DNA of 64,000 nucleotides from the NCBI GenBank assembly GCA_009885805.1, contig VFJZ01000007.1:92407-156406 (forward strand), written 5' to 3'. The notes beneath the pieces were generated by a model. The model saw only the letters and a list, made by a program, of their open reading frames with translations, was not told where the DNA came from and did no database searches. The stretch is from Actinomycetota bacterium (GTDB taxonomy: Bacteria > Actinomycetota > Thermoleophilia > Gaiellales > F1-60-MAGs149). A program made the position numbers and the translations under genes. This document shows positions 45,318 to 53,510 of this stretch, piece after piece (positions within the stretch are counted from its first letter, which is position 1; the number at the start of each line of letters is the position of its first letter).

Positions 45318-45836
45318 ATGGTCAAGAAGATTCTCCCCATCGTGCTCGGATTGATCGTCGCCGGCGGCGGCTACTTCGCGTACACGAAGTTCCTCGCCGG
45401 CGGTGGCCCGACCGAGACACCCGTGCAGGCGCAGGCCCGCACGGTCAAAAAGGACGCTGCCGCGAAGAAGAAGCGGCTGAAGGACAAGGTCCACGGTCAC
45501 ATCTACTCGCTCGGTGACACGTTCGTGATCACGCTCGCCGATCCCGGCGTGAAGGCGTTCGCGAAACTCGACGTCTCGCTCATGGTCGACGCCGACACGC
45601 CGGTGGCGGCCGCCGGGGCGCACGGCCCGACCGGCCCGCCGGCCCTCGAGGAGCAGATCGAGTTGCGCGACCTGCTGATCGATGTCGTCTCCAGCCATTC
45701 GGCCGACGAGATGACCTCGGCGGAGGGGCGTCATGCGGTGAAGGAGGCGATCATCGAGGCCGCCAACGAAAAGCTGCCGAAGACGGTCGTGCTCGAGGTC
45801 TTCTTCTCCAACGTCGCAGTACAGCTGGTCACCTGA
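45318..45836 (+). CDS. fliL: Flagellar basal body-associated protein FliL
   Basis: It has an N-terminal TM (KKILPIVLGLIVAGGGYFAY) and a FliL-like C-terminal domain. It follows motB. Confidence 0.7.
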   Translation: MVKKILPIVLGLIVAGGGYFAYTKFLAGGGPTETPVQAQARTVKKDAAAKKKRLKDKVHGHIYSLGDTFVITLADPGVKAFAKLDVSLMVDADTPVAAAGAHGPTGPPALEEQIELRDLLIDVVSSHSADEMTSAEGRHAVKEAIIEAANEKLPKTVVLEVFFSNVAVQLVT

Positions 45837-46639
45837 TGGCCGACGGCCCTCTCGACCAGGATGCCATCGAGGCGCTGATCGCCCAGCAGGCGGCCGAGGC
45901 CGCTGGCGCCGGGGCGGCGGATGATGCCGCGGACGTCGTCGACGAGCCCCCGGCTGCGTCAGGCAGTGGGACGATGTCCGCCGACGACATCGCGGCGCTG
46001 ATCGCCGCGGAGGCGGCGGCCGGTGACGAGGCCGGCGATGCTGACCCGATCGAGGCGGAGATCGTCGCGGAGGAGGTCACGGAGGCCGAGCCAGCCGCTG
46101 CCGGCGGCGGATCGCTGTCGGCGGACGAGATCGCGGCGCTGATCGCGGGTGAGGAGTCCGCGGTCGCGGAGCTCCCGGCCGACGTCGAGGACGCCCCGGC
46201 TGCGGGCGGCGGGTCGCTCTCCGCGGACGAGATCGCCGCGCTGATCGCGGCCGAAGCCGACGACGCGGACGCCGGAGGCTTCACGGCGGCCGCCGTTCCC
46301 GCGCTGATTGGAGGGCCGGTCGTCGAGGACGTCGTCTACGCCGAGCTGCCACCGGTTCACGCACCGCTTGAGGAGATCGCGGAGATCGACCTCCTGCTCG
46401 ATGTCCCGCTCCGGATCACGGTCGAGCTCGGTCAGGCGTCGAAGACGATTCGGGAGCTGCTCGAGCTCGGACAGGGATCAATTCTGCACCTCTCCCGCCA
46501 CGCCGGCGAACCGGTCGACGTGCTCGTGAACGGGCAGCATATCGCTCGCGGTGAGGTGGTCGTGATCGATGAGAACTTCGGCATTCGCGTGACCGAGGTC
46601 GTCGCTCCTGCCGACCGGCTGCGGACCATGGCCGTCTGA
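45836..46639 (+). CDS. fliN: Flagellar motor switch protein FliN-like, with a ~150-aa acidic N-terminal extension carrying four CheY-docking-type motifs
   Basis: The C-terminal SpoA/FliN domain reads LLLDVPLRITVELGQASKTIRELLELGQGSILHLSRHAGEPVDVLVNGQHIARGEVVVIDENFGIRVTEV. The N-terminal motifs are described in the findings. Confidence 0.8.
   Translation: MADGPLDQDAIEALIAQQAAEAAGAGAADDAADVVDEPPAASGSGTMSADDIAALIAAEAAAGDEAGDADPIEAEIVAEEVTEAEPAAAGGGSLSADEIAALIAGEESAVAELPADVEDAPAAGGGSLSADEIAALIAAEADDADAGGFTAAAVPALIGGPVVEDVVYAELPPVHAPLEEIAEIDLLLDVPLRITVELGQASKTIRELLELGQGSILHLSRHAGEPVDVLVNGQHIARGEVVVIDENFGIRVTEVVAPADRLRTMAV
45851..46249 (+). repeat. Four copies of a 33-nt coding motif (LDQDAIEALIA, MSADDIAALIA, LSADEIAALIA, LSADEIAALIA) at 45851, 45974, 46115 and 46217; the last two sit in ~51-nt near-identical direct repeats (46100..46150 and 46202..46252)
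   Basis: The copies were read directly from the sequence and its translation. Confidence 0.9.
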
Positions 46640-47145
46640 TGCGGCGCCTGCTCGCGCTGGCGATCGGTGTCCTGCTCGTCGTGGCCGCGCCGGCGTCTGC
46701 CGTCGGTGAGACCGAGCTCGCAAACCTCGGCGACGGTGGTCCGGCGACGACGACCGTACCCGGATCGGGGGTCGCCGACATCGGTCGTCTCCTGCTCGGC
46801 CTCGTGCTGGTCGTGCTCGTGATCGGCGCGCTGTACGCCGGCCTGAAGCGCGTCCAGCACGGACGCCTACCTGGTAGCCGGTCGACGCGTGGAGACGGAT
46901 CCGTCGAGGTCCTGTCGACGACCGCGCTCGGGCCCGGTCGCAATCTGCACCTCGTGCGCGTCGGCGAGGGGGTCTTGCTCGTCGGGGCGAGCGAGCAGTC
47001 GGTGAACCTGTTGCAGAGCTACGATCGTGACGAGGCAGCCGCGGCGGGTCTGGTCGAGATCGAGCCGCCGGCGATCGCCGAGGTGCACGAACTCGACGTG
47101 CCGCGCACGTTCGTCGACGCGCTGCGCGAGCGCACGCTCAGATAG
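46639..47145 (+). CDS. fliO: Flagellar biosynthesis protein FliO/FliZ-like
   Basis: It has a signal-like N-terminus, a single TM (LLLGLVLVVLVIGALYAGL) and a conserved tail (LSTTALGPGRNLHLVRVGEGVLLVGASEQSVNLL). It follows fliN. Confidence 0.65.
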   Translation: MRRLLALAIGVLLVVAAPASAVGETELANLGDGGPATTTVPGSGVADIGRLLLGLVLVVLVIGALYAGLKRVQHGRLPGSRSTRGDGSVEVLSTTALGPGRNLHLVRVGEGVLLVGASEQSVNLLQSYDRDEAAAAGLVEIEPPAIAEVHELDVPRTFVDALRERTLR

Positions 47146-48085
47146 CGGCGGCGAGGGCGCGGTCGGCGCCCATCGCCGCGAACAGCAGCGCCAGGTACAG
47201 CAGCGAGTAGAGGAACGTCGCCCGTGCGACGAGCCTCGAGTGCGTACGCAGCAGGCGGACGGCGAGTTGCATGAAGCGCGCGCCGAGGGCGACGGCCGCG
47301 ATCGCGTAGACGATGCCGAGCAGACCGGTCGCGACGGGGATCAGGGAGACGACCGCGAGGGCGACCGTGTAGGCGAGTATCTGCACGGCTGTCTCGCGCT
47401 CGCTGGCGACGACCGGGAGCATCGGCACGCCCGCGTTGGCGTACTCGTCGCGCTTCAGGATCGCGAGCGCCCAGAAGTGCGGCGGCGTCCACAGGAAGAT
47501 GATCAGGAACATGACGAGTGGCGCGAGGCCGACGTCACCGGTCACGGCGGCCCAGCCGGCCAGCGGCGGAATCGCGCCGGCAGCACCGCCGATCACGATG
47601 TTCTGCGGGGTGCGGCGCTTGAGCAGCATCGTGTAGACGACGACGTAGAAGGCGCTCCCGCCGAGCGCGAAGGCCGCGGTCAGGACGTTCGTGAACGCGA
47701 GCAGCAGGATCGCAGCGGCGACGTTCAGCAACAGTCCGAGCACGGTCGCGGCGGGTGCCGAGACGCGACCGTCCGCGACCGGTCGCTGTCGCGTGCGCTC
47801 CATCAACCGGTCGATGTCGCGGTCGAGCACGTGGTTCAGGACCGCGCCACCGCCCGAGGCGAGGGCGAGGCCCGCCAGCGTGGCCAGGGCGATGCCGACC
47901 GGCGGCACGCCCTCGGCCGCCCACACCATTGCGCCGGCTGCCGTGACGAGGACGAGGAGCGCGATGCGGGGCTTGGTCAGCTCCCACAGGTCGGCGAGCA
48001 GGGACCGACGCACCTCGACCAGATGGGCGGCGTCAGCGGCCACGGGATCGGCGGTCGAGACGGGTGGAGTGGTGGCGGCGCACAT
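47138..48085 (-). CDS. ctaB: Protoheme IX farnesyltransferase (heme O synthase)
   Basis: The UbiA-family motifs NHVLDRDIDRLMERTRQRP and a second Asp-rich region are present, along with ~9 TM segments. Confidence 0.9.
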   Translation of the reverse strand: MCAATTPPVSTADPVAADAAHLVEVRRSLLADLWELTKPRIALLVLVTAAGAMVWAAEGVPPVGIALATLAGLALASGGGAVLNHVLDRDIDRLMERTRQRPVADGRVSAPAATVLGLLLNVAAAILLLAFTNVLTAAFALGGSAFYVVVYTMLLKRRTPQNIVIGGAAGAIPPLAGWAAVTGDVGLAPLVMFLIIFLWTPPHFWALAILKRDEYANAGVPMLPVVASERETAVQILAYTVALAVVSLIPVATGLLGIVYAIAAVALGARFMQLAVRLLRTHSRLVARATFLYSLLYLALLFAAMGADRALAAAI

Positions 48086-48097
48086 CGTGAGGATAGA

Positions 48098-48856
48098 TCA
48101 GCCGCCCCTCGGCTCCCAGCGGAACGTCCGCAGTGCCAGTACGGCTCCGCCGCAGCCCCAGAGCGCGACCACGATCAGTCCGAGCAGCTCGTCGCGACCA
48201 ACGCCGCCGTCGATGAACACCGCCCGCAGCGCGTCGAGCAGATGCGTGAGCGGGAGCGCGTCGGCCAGCACGCTGACGACGGCCGGCAGGTCGTCGACCG
48301 GGAAGAAGGCTCCGGACGCGAACAGGATCGGCAGGTAGATCGCGTTGACGACGGCCGACGAACCCTCGGCGCTGGGGACGTAGCGGGTGACGGCGATCCC
48401 GAGCCCGGCGAAGCTTGCCGCCCCGGCCACGACGAGTGCGATCACCTCGTACCAGTGATCGGGAAGGGGCACGTCGAACGCCAGGTCGCCGAGCGCGAGG
48501 ACGACGATCGTCTCGAGGGCGAGCACGATCGCGGTCGAGGCGACGAGCGCGCCGAGGTACACCGCCGGCGGCAGCGGGGTACCGCGCACCCGCTTCAGCA
48601 TCCCACGCTCGCGGCGGATGACCAGGGTGATGGCGAGGCCGGCGAACGTCGTCATGACGATCGCCATGCCGAGCATGCCGGGGATGAAGAACGAGCTGTA
48701 CGGCTCGCCGTCCACCTTGCGGTTGCGCCCGAACAGGCCGAGCACGACGACGAAGAAGATCGGCAGGAAGAACGTGAAGATGGCGCTGGCGCCGTTGCGC
48801 CAGTACACGCGCTGCTCCGCGCGCACCTGCCGGACGAACCGCCGCACGCCGGTCAC
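48098..48856 (-). CDS. ABC-2 type exporter permease
   Basis: The 252-aa protein has 6 TM segments and an ABC-2 topology. It overlaps the upstream ATPase gene. Confidence 0.75.
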   Translation of the reverse strand: MTGVRRFVRQVRAEQRVYWRNGASAIFTFFLPIFFVVVLGLFGRNRKVDGEPYSSFFIPGMLGMAIVMTTFAGLAITLVIRRERGMLKRVRGTPLPPAVYLGALVASTAIVLALETIVVLALGDLAFDVPLPDHWYEVIALVVAGAASFAGLGIAVTRYVPSAEGSSAVVNAIYLPILFASGAFFPVDDLPAVVSVLADALPLTHLLDALRAVFIDGGVGRDELLGLIVVALWGCGGAVLALRTFRWEPRGG

Positions 48857-49758
48857 GCCTCCTCCGCCGTCAGCGCCAGGTAAACATCTTCGAGGCTGGG
48901 GCGGACGACTTCGAGGTGTTCGAGAGTCGTCTGCTGCTCGACTGCCCAGCCGGTCAGGCGATGGAGGGAGCGCGTCGGATCGTCGACCTCGAAGACGAGC
49001 CGGTCGCCGCTCGCGAGCAACGTTCCCTCGGCGATGACGGCGAGCGCAGCGGCGTCGACGCCTGTCGGTGAGGCGAACCGGATCTGCGTCCGGCCCGGCT
49101 CGCCGAGGGCGGACGGGTGACCGGTGGCGACGATCTCCCCCTGGCGCAGGACGGCCACTCGCTGGGCGAGGGCCTGCGCCTCCTCCATGTAGTGCGTCGT
49201 CAGGAAGATCGTCGTGCCGCCCGCGGCCAGGCCTGCGATCGTCTCCCAGGCGGCCCGGCGCGCGCCGGGGTCGAAGCCGGTGGTGGGCTCGTCGAGGAAC
49301 AGCACCTCCGGGTCGCCGACGAGCGCGAGGGCGACGTCGAGCCGGCGGCGCTGTCCGCCCGACAGGAGCCGGACGCGGCGGTCGGCAGCGTCGCCGAGGT
49401 CGACCTTGGCGAGGACTTCGTCGACCGGTCGCGGCTTGGCGTACCAGCCCGCGAACAACGCGACGACCTCGCGGACGCTCATGTACGGGTACACGCCACC
49501 GGCCTGGAGGACGATGCCGATCCGCTCCCGGTAGGCGGTGCCGCCGGTCGCGGGGTCCATGCCGAGGACGCGCACCTCGCCGGCATCGGCGCCGCGATAG
49601 CCCTCCAGGATCTCGACGATGCTCGTCTTTCCGGCGCCATTCGGGCCGAGCAGGGCGAAGATCTCGCCGCGCGCCACCTCGAGCGTGACACCGCGGACCG
49701 CCTCCAGCGGGCCGTAGGATTTGCGCAGGTCACGGATCTGGATCGCGATGTCCATCAA
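48853..49758 (-). CDS. ABC transporter ATP-binding protein (DrrA/CcmA-like)
   Basis: Walker A GPNGAGKTS, signature LSGGQRRRL and Walker B LFLDEPTTGFD are present. Confidence 0.9.
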   Translation of the reverse strand: MMDIAIQIRDLRKSYGPLEAVRGVTLEVARGEIFALLGPNGAGKTSIVEILEGYRGADAGEVRVLGMDPATGGTAYRERIGIVLQAGGVYPYMSVREVVALFAGWYAKPRPVDEVLAKVDLGDAADRRVRLLSGGQRRRLDVALALVGDPEVLFLDEPTTGFDPGARRAAWETIAGLAAGGTTIFLTTHYMEEAQALAQRVAVLRQGEIVATGHPSALGEPGRTQIRFASPTGVDAAALAVIAEGTLLASGDRLVFEVDDPTRSLHRLTGWAVEQQTTLEHLEVVRPSLEDVYLALTAEEA

Positions 49759-49955
49759 CGGCGGCCGGCGACGAGCAGATCACGGAGGGCGAGGCCCATC
49801 AGGAGGCCACCGGTGAACAGCACGCCGTGTTGCGAGTAGTGCATCGTCGCGTTCGTCTCCGCCGCCTCGTCGACGGGCGGGAGGATCGCGAGGATCTCGA
49901 TCAGGAGGCCGAGCGCTCCAACCAGCACGGCCGTGCGGGGCGAGAGCAGCGTCAC
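49755..49955 (-). CDS. Small hypothetical membrane protein (66 aa, 2 TM)
   Basis: Its stop overlaps the ABC ATPase start (ATGA coupling). The profile is hydrophobic. I recognised no family. Confidence 0.35.
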   Translation of the reverse strand: MTLLSPRTAVLVGALGLLIEILAILPPVDEAAETNATMHYSQHGVLFTGGLLMGLALRDLLVAGRR

Positions 49956-50001
49956 GCGTCGGAGTCTACCGAGACGCGGACGCGCGTACTACGATGGTGG
50001 C

Positions 50002-50406
50002 ATGACACCTCAGCCGATCGCTGACGCGGATCGCGAGGCCGTCGTCATCCGAGCGCTACGCGACGAACTGGCGGCGCTCGACGACGAGACGCGCTGCGCA
50101 CTGGCGCACGTGCTCGAGCGTCAGGACGTGCCGCTCGAAGGCGGTGGCTGGGGCAGCAATGACGACGGCGCCGGCTGCCTGCTCTCGCTCGCTGCGTGGG
50201 ATATCGGCCTGCCGTGCGGCGAGGCGCTGATGGAGCGGTCGATCGCCGCCGTCCGGGTGCCGGTGCTGTTCGACGAGCTGTGGTTCCTGATCCTCCGACG
50301 TACGGGCGATCTCGATCACGCGCGGCGGGTCGCGCACCGCCTCGTGGCGCTCGCGATCATGGGCGACATGGACGCCCATGATCGTGACCCGCAGTCGGTC
50401 GCGTGA
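50002..50406 (+). CDS. Hypothetical protein (134 aa)
   Basis: It starts at ATG 50002 and its stop overlaps the next gene. I recognised no family. Confidence 0.4.
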   Translation: MTPQPIADADREAVVIRALRDELAALDDETRCALAHVLERQDVPLEGGGWGSNDDGAGCLLSLAAWDIGLPCGEALMERSIAAVRVPVLFDELWFLILRRTGDLDHARRVAHRLVALAIMGDMDAHDRDPQSVA

Positions 50407-51542
50407 CCACGAATCGCCTGCAAACGCCGCTCTTCCCGAACGTCCGCCGCTCGCCGTACTTCGACCGCACGGAGGCCGCCGGCGCGACCGCGTACATGGT
50501 CTACAACCACATGTACATGCCGATGGACTACGGGCGCCCGCCGGACTCCGACTACGCCGCGCTGACCGAGGACGTGACGCTCTGGGACGTCGGTGCCGAG
50601 CGGCAGGTCGAACTCGCAGGGCCCGACGCGTTACGCCTCGCCGACCGTCTCGCGACCCGCGACTTGCGCGATCTCACGCTCGGCCGCTGTCGTTACACCC
50701 TCGTCTGCGACGACGAGGGCATCGTCATCTGCGACCCGGTCGTCCTGCGGCTGGCGACTGACCGCATCTGGTTCTCGCACGGCAATGTCGACCTGCTGCT
50801 GTGGGCGAAGGGCATCGCCGTCGGTGCGGGGCTCGATGTCAGGGTGGGGGAGGCCGACATCGCGCCGATGCAGGTCCAGGGGCCGCGCGCCCGGGCGCTG
50901 CTGGCCGAGGTTGGCGTCGCCGGGCTCGATGACCTCGGGTACTACAGCCTGATCCACGCAACGATCGGCGGCGTCGCCTGCGTGGTGTCGCGGACCGGGT
51001 GGAGTGGGGGGCCTGGCTACGAGGTCTTTCCGCGCTCATCGGCGGTCGCCGGTGACGTGTGGGACGCGATCGTCGCTGCCGGCGCATCGCACGGCCTGCG
51101 GATCACGGCGCCCAACGTGCCGCGAGCGCTGGAGCGCGGCATCACCGACATCGCCTGGTTCCACAACCTCGGTGTGAACGCGCTCGAGGCTGCGCCGCGG
51201 CTGGTCGATCTCGACGCCGACGCCTTCATCGGCCGTGACGCGCTGCTTCGCGTCGCGGCCGGGGGAGTGCGCCGGGCAACCGTTGGCCTGCTCGGACCGG
51301 CTGCCCGACCGGCGCGCGCGGAGGGCACGTCTGCGATCACGGCCGCGGCGGGTGCGATCGTCGGCGCGACCCGCTGGTTGGCGTACTCCCCGGCGCTCGC
51401 GCGCACGATCGCCGTCGGCGTCGTCGGTCGCGCCCACGCGGAGATCGGCACACCGCTAACAATCCAGACGCCCGTTGGCGCGCTGTCGTGCATCGTCACC
51501 GGGCTGCCCTTCGTTCCCGCTCCGCCGGGCACGCGCGACTGA
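50403..51542 (+). CDS. Aminomethyltransferase (GcvT) family folate-binding protein
   Basis: GcvT-like motifs are present (LWDVGAERQVELAGPDA, YTLVCDDEGIV, SRTGWSGGPGYEVF). Confidence 0.65.
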   Translation: MTTNRLQTPLFPNVRRSPYFDRTEAAGATAYMVYNHMYMPMDYGRPPDSDYAALTEDVTLWDVGAERQVELAGPDALRLADRLATRDLRDLTLGRCRYTLVCDDEGIVICDPVVLRLATDRIWFSHGNVDLLLWAKGIAVGAGLDVRVGEADIAPMQVQGPRARALLAEVGVAGLDDLGYYSLIHATIGGVACVVSRTGWSGGPGYEVFPRSSAVAGDVWDAIVAAGASHGLRITAPNVPRALERGITDIAWFHNLGVNALEAAPRLVDLDADAFIGRDALLRVAAGGVRRATVGLLGPAARPARAEGTSAITAAAGAIVGATRWLAYSPALARTIAVGVVGRAHAEIGTPLTIQTPVGALSCIVTGLPFVPAPPGTRD

Positions 51543-52282
51543 TGCGGGCGCTGTCGTTTCTCGGCACGGCCGCCGCGCCGCACTATCAGGCCGTCGCGAG
51601 CATCGTCGCGGCGGCGGTCGGCGCACCGCGGACGACCCTGATCGAGGCCGATCTCGGCGTCCTGCGTCGGGAGGTGGCCGATCCTCGCCCCGCGATCGCC
51701 TTCCTCTGCGGCCTGCCCTACGTTCTCCTTCGACGCGACGGTGCACCCGTGGAGGCGCTCGCCGCACCCGTGCCGGACGATCCGGCCGAGCCGGAGGCGC
51801 CGATCTACTTCAGCGACATCGTCGCGCGCCCCGGTGCGCCCCCGCTCGAGCGGTGCCGGATCGGGTTCAACGGCGCCGACTCGCTGTCCGGCTGGGTGCT
51901 GCCGCGCAGTGGCCTGGCCGACCCCGACCGCCTGCACTGGGTGCGGACGGGCAGCCACCGGCGCTCGCTCGCCCTGCTCGTCACCGGCGAGATCGACGCC
52001 GCCCCGATCGACTCGCACGTGCTCCGCCTCGAGCGTCGCCTCGACCGGCGTCTGGCCGTGCTCCAACGGCTCGCGCGGATCGGCCCGCTACCGGCGCCGC
52101 CGGTCGTCGCGTTCGGTGGCACCGCCGCTTCCCGAGCGGTGATCCGGCAGGCGCTGCTCGACCTCCCGCGGACACCGGGCGGGCGCCGGGCGCTGCAGCT
52201 TGCCGGACTCGCCCGCTACGCTCCGGTCACGTCGGCGACGTACGCGCCGGTCCTGCGTCTGGCGCTGGCGGCGCGTGCCTGA
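51542..52282 (+). CDS. PhnD-like (phosphonate/phosphate ABC substrate-binding fold) protein, with no signal peptide evident
   Basis: The pattern IAFLCGLPYV...NGADSLSGWVLPR...GSHRRSLALLVTGEIDAAPIDSHV resembles the PhnD family. ATG 51542 overlaps the upstream stop. Confidence 0.45.
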   Translation: MRALSFLGTAAAPHYQAVASIVAAAVGAPRTTLIEADLGVLRREVADPRPAIAFLCGLPYVLLRRDGAPVEALAAPVPDDPAEPEAPIYFSDIVARPGAPPLERCRIGFNGADSLSGWVLPRSGLADPDRLHWVRTGSHRRSLALLVTGEIDAAPIDSHVLRLERRLDRRLAVLQRLARIGPLPAPPVVAFGGTAASRAVIRQALLDLPRTPGGRRALQLAGLARYAPVTSATYAPVLRLALAARA

Positions 52283-52877
52283 TGGCAGCCGCCACGGCGC
52301 GGCCGAGGTAGCGCCAGAGGTGCCACTGGAGCAGGATGGCCCACCAGACCGAGGTGATCAGGTGCACGTAGTCCAGGGTCGATTCGCCGTCCGGGCGTAC
52401 CTGCAGGACAACACCGGTCGCGAGCAGCGGCAGGCCGAGCGCGAGCAGGACGAGTGAGCTGGCGGCTCGTTGCGGGCGGGCGGCCGAGAGCTCGGCGCGG
52501 ATGGCAGGCCAGCCGATGCCCGCGACCTTGACGGCGACGATCGCGAGGGCCGCCGCCGACGCTCCGCTGTGCAACCAGACGTGCAGCTCGGACGGCCGAT
52601 CGCCGCGCAGGTTGAATGTGTAGATCGCGAGACCGGTGCCGAACGACGCCAGCAGCAGCACCAGTGCGGCCAGCCCGAGCCGGGAGACACGCCGCGAGAC
52701 CGGACGTCGGCGCTCGGCGCGCAGCGCGTCACGTTCATGGCGCCAGGCCGTCACCTCCTCGTCCGTGAAGTGCTGCGGTGGCTGGTCGGCCGCCCAGATC
52801 CCCAGCCGGATCAGAAACGCGAACGCCACGAACGGCGGCAGCAGGTGCGGCAGGTGGACGAGGACCCAGCGGGTCAC
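52227..52877 (-). CDS. Hypothetical His/Trp-rich membrane protein (216 aa, ~4-5 TM), last gene of the oxidase operon
   Basis: It begins 12 nt downstream of the ctaE stop on the same strand. The profile is hydrophobic, with conserved-looking His residues (HLPH, LHVWLH, YVHL, WHLW). Confidence 0.45.
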   Translation of the reverse strand: MTRWVLVHLPHLLPPFVAFAFLIRLGIWAADQPPQHFTDEEVTAWRHERDALRAERRRPVSRRVSRLGLAALVLLLASFGTGLAIYTFNLRGDRPSELHVWLHSGASAAALAIVAVKVAGIGWPAIRAELSAARPQRAASSLVLLALGLPLLATGVVLQVRPDGESTLDYVHLITSVWWAILLQWHLWRYLGRAVAAAIRHAPPAPDAGPARTSPT

Positions 52878-52889
52878 GGTCCGCCTCCG

Positions 52890-53510
52890 CTAGATCACGT
52901 GCGTGGGGAGCAGGTAGACCACAGTGAAGAGGATCACCCAGACGACGTCGACGAAGTGCCAGTAGATACCGATCACGACCAGGCCGGTCATCCGCTCCTT
53001 CGAGAAGTGACCGCGCACGAGTCGGATCAGGCAGAACGTCAGCAGCAGCAGGCCGAGGAAGACGTGGGCGCCGTGCAGTCCCGTCAGCGAGAAGAACGTC
53101 GCGCCCATCGCGTTGGTCGTCGGCAGGAAGCCGATCGTCTGGTACTCGATCGCCTGCAGGCCGAGGAAGACGCTGCCGAGCAGGATCGTCAGCACCATCC
53201 AGGCGATGGCGGCACTGCGTCGGGCCTTTGCGATCGCCAGCAGCACCATCTCGCACGTGAACGACGACGCGACGAGGATCGCCGTGTTGATCGACGTCGC
53301 GTCGGCCGGGATGTGGAAGCCGGGTTGCGGCCACTCGTACTCGAGAATCGTCCGGCTGTGCGCGTAGTAGAGGAAGAACGAGCCGAACAGCGCGATCTCC
53401 GAGGCGAGGAAGATGACGAGCCCGAGCGGAACGGCGCCGAGACCGAACGGGTGCGGCTGGTACGTGTACTCGGCGGGACCGTGGTGGTCGTGCTCGGCGT
53501 GGGCGCTCAT
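52890..53510 (-). CDS. ctaE: Cytochrome c oxidase subunit III
   Basis: ATG 53510 overlaps the ctaD stop (ATGA). Motifs are FLASEIALFGSFF, FFSLTGLHGAHV and YWHFVDVVW. Confidence 0.85.
   Translation of the reverse strand: MSAHAEHDHHGPAEYTYQPHPFGLGAVPLGLVIFLASEIALFGSFFLYYAHSRTILEYEWPQPGFHIPADATSINTAILVASSFTCEMVLLAIAKARRSAAIAWMVLTILLGSVFLGLQAIEYQTIGFLPTTNAMGATFFSLTGLHGAHVFLGLLLLTFCLIRLVRGHFSKERMTGLVVIGIYWHFVDVVWVILFTVVYLLPTHVI

Noticed and set aside
45836-46290. Tandem repeats in fliN, and similar repeats in fliK at 40180..40650, considered as a CRISPR-like or intergenic repeat array.
   Set aside because: The repeats are in frame within a continuous ORF. The units are 33-51 nt with no unique spacers of CRISPR size, and no cas genes are present. 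They are coding repeats.
45237-47145. A search for a hidden or fused fliM between fliL and fliO.
   Set aside because: No ORF of suitable size (~330 aa) or with a FliM middle-domain signature exists in any frame. The fliL stop overlaps the fliN start, and the fliN stop overlaps the fliO start. The absence is reported as a finding, not as a missed gene.
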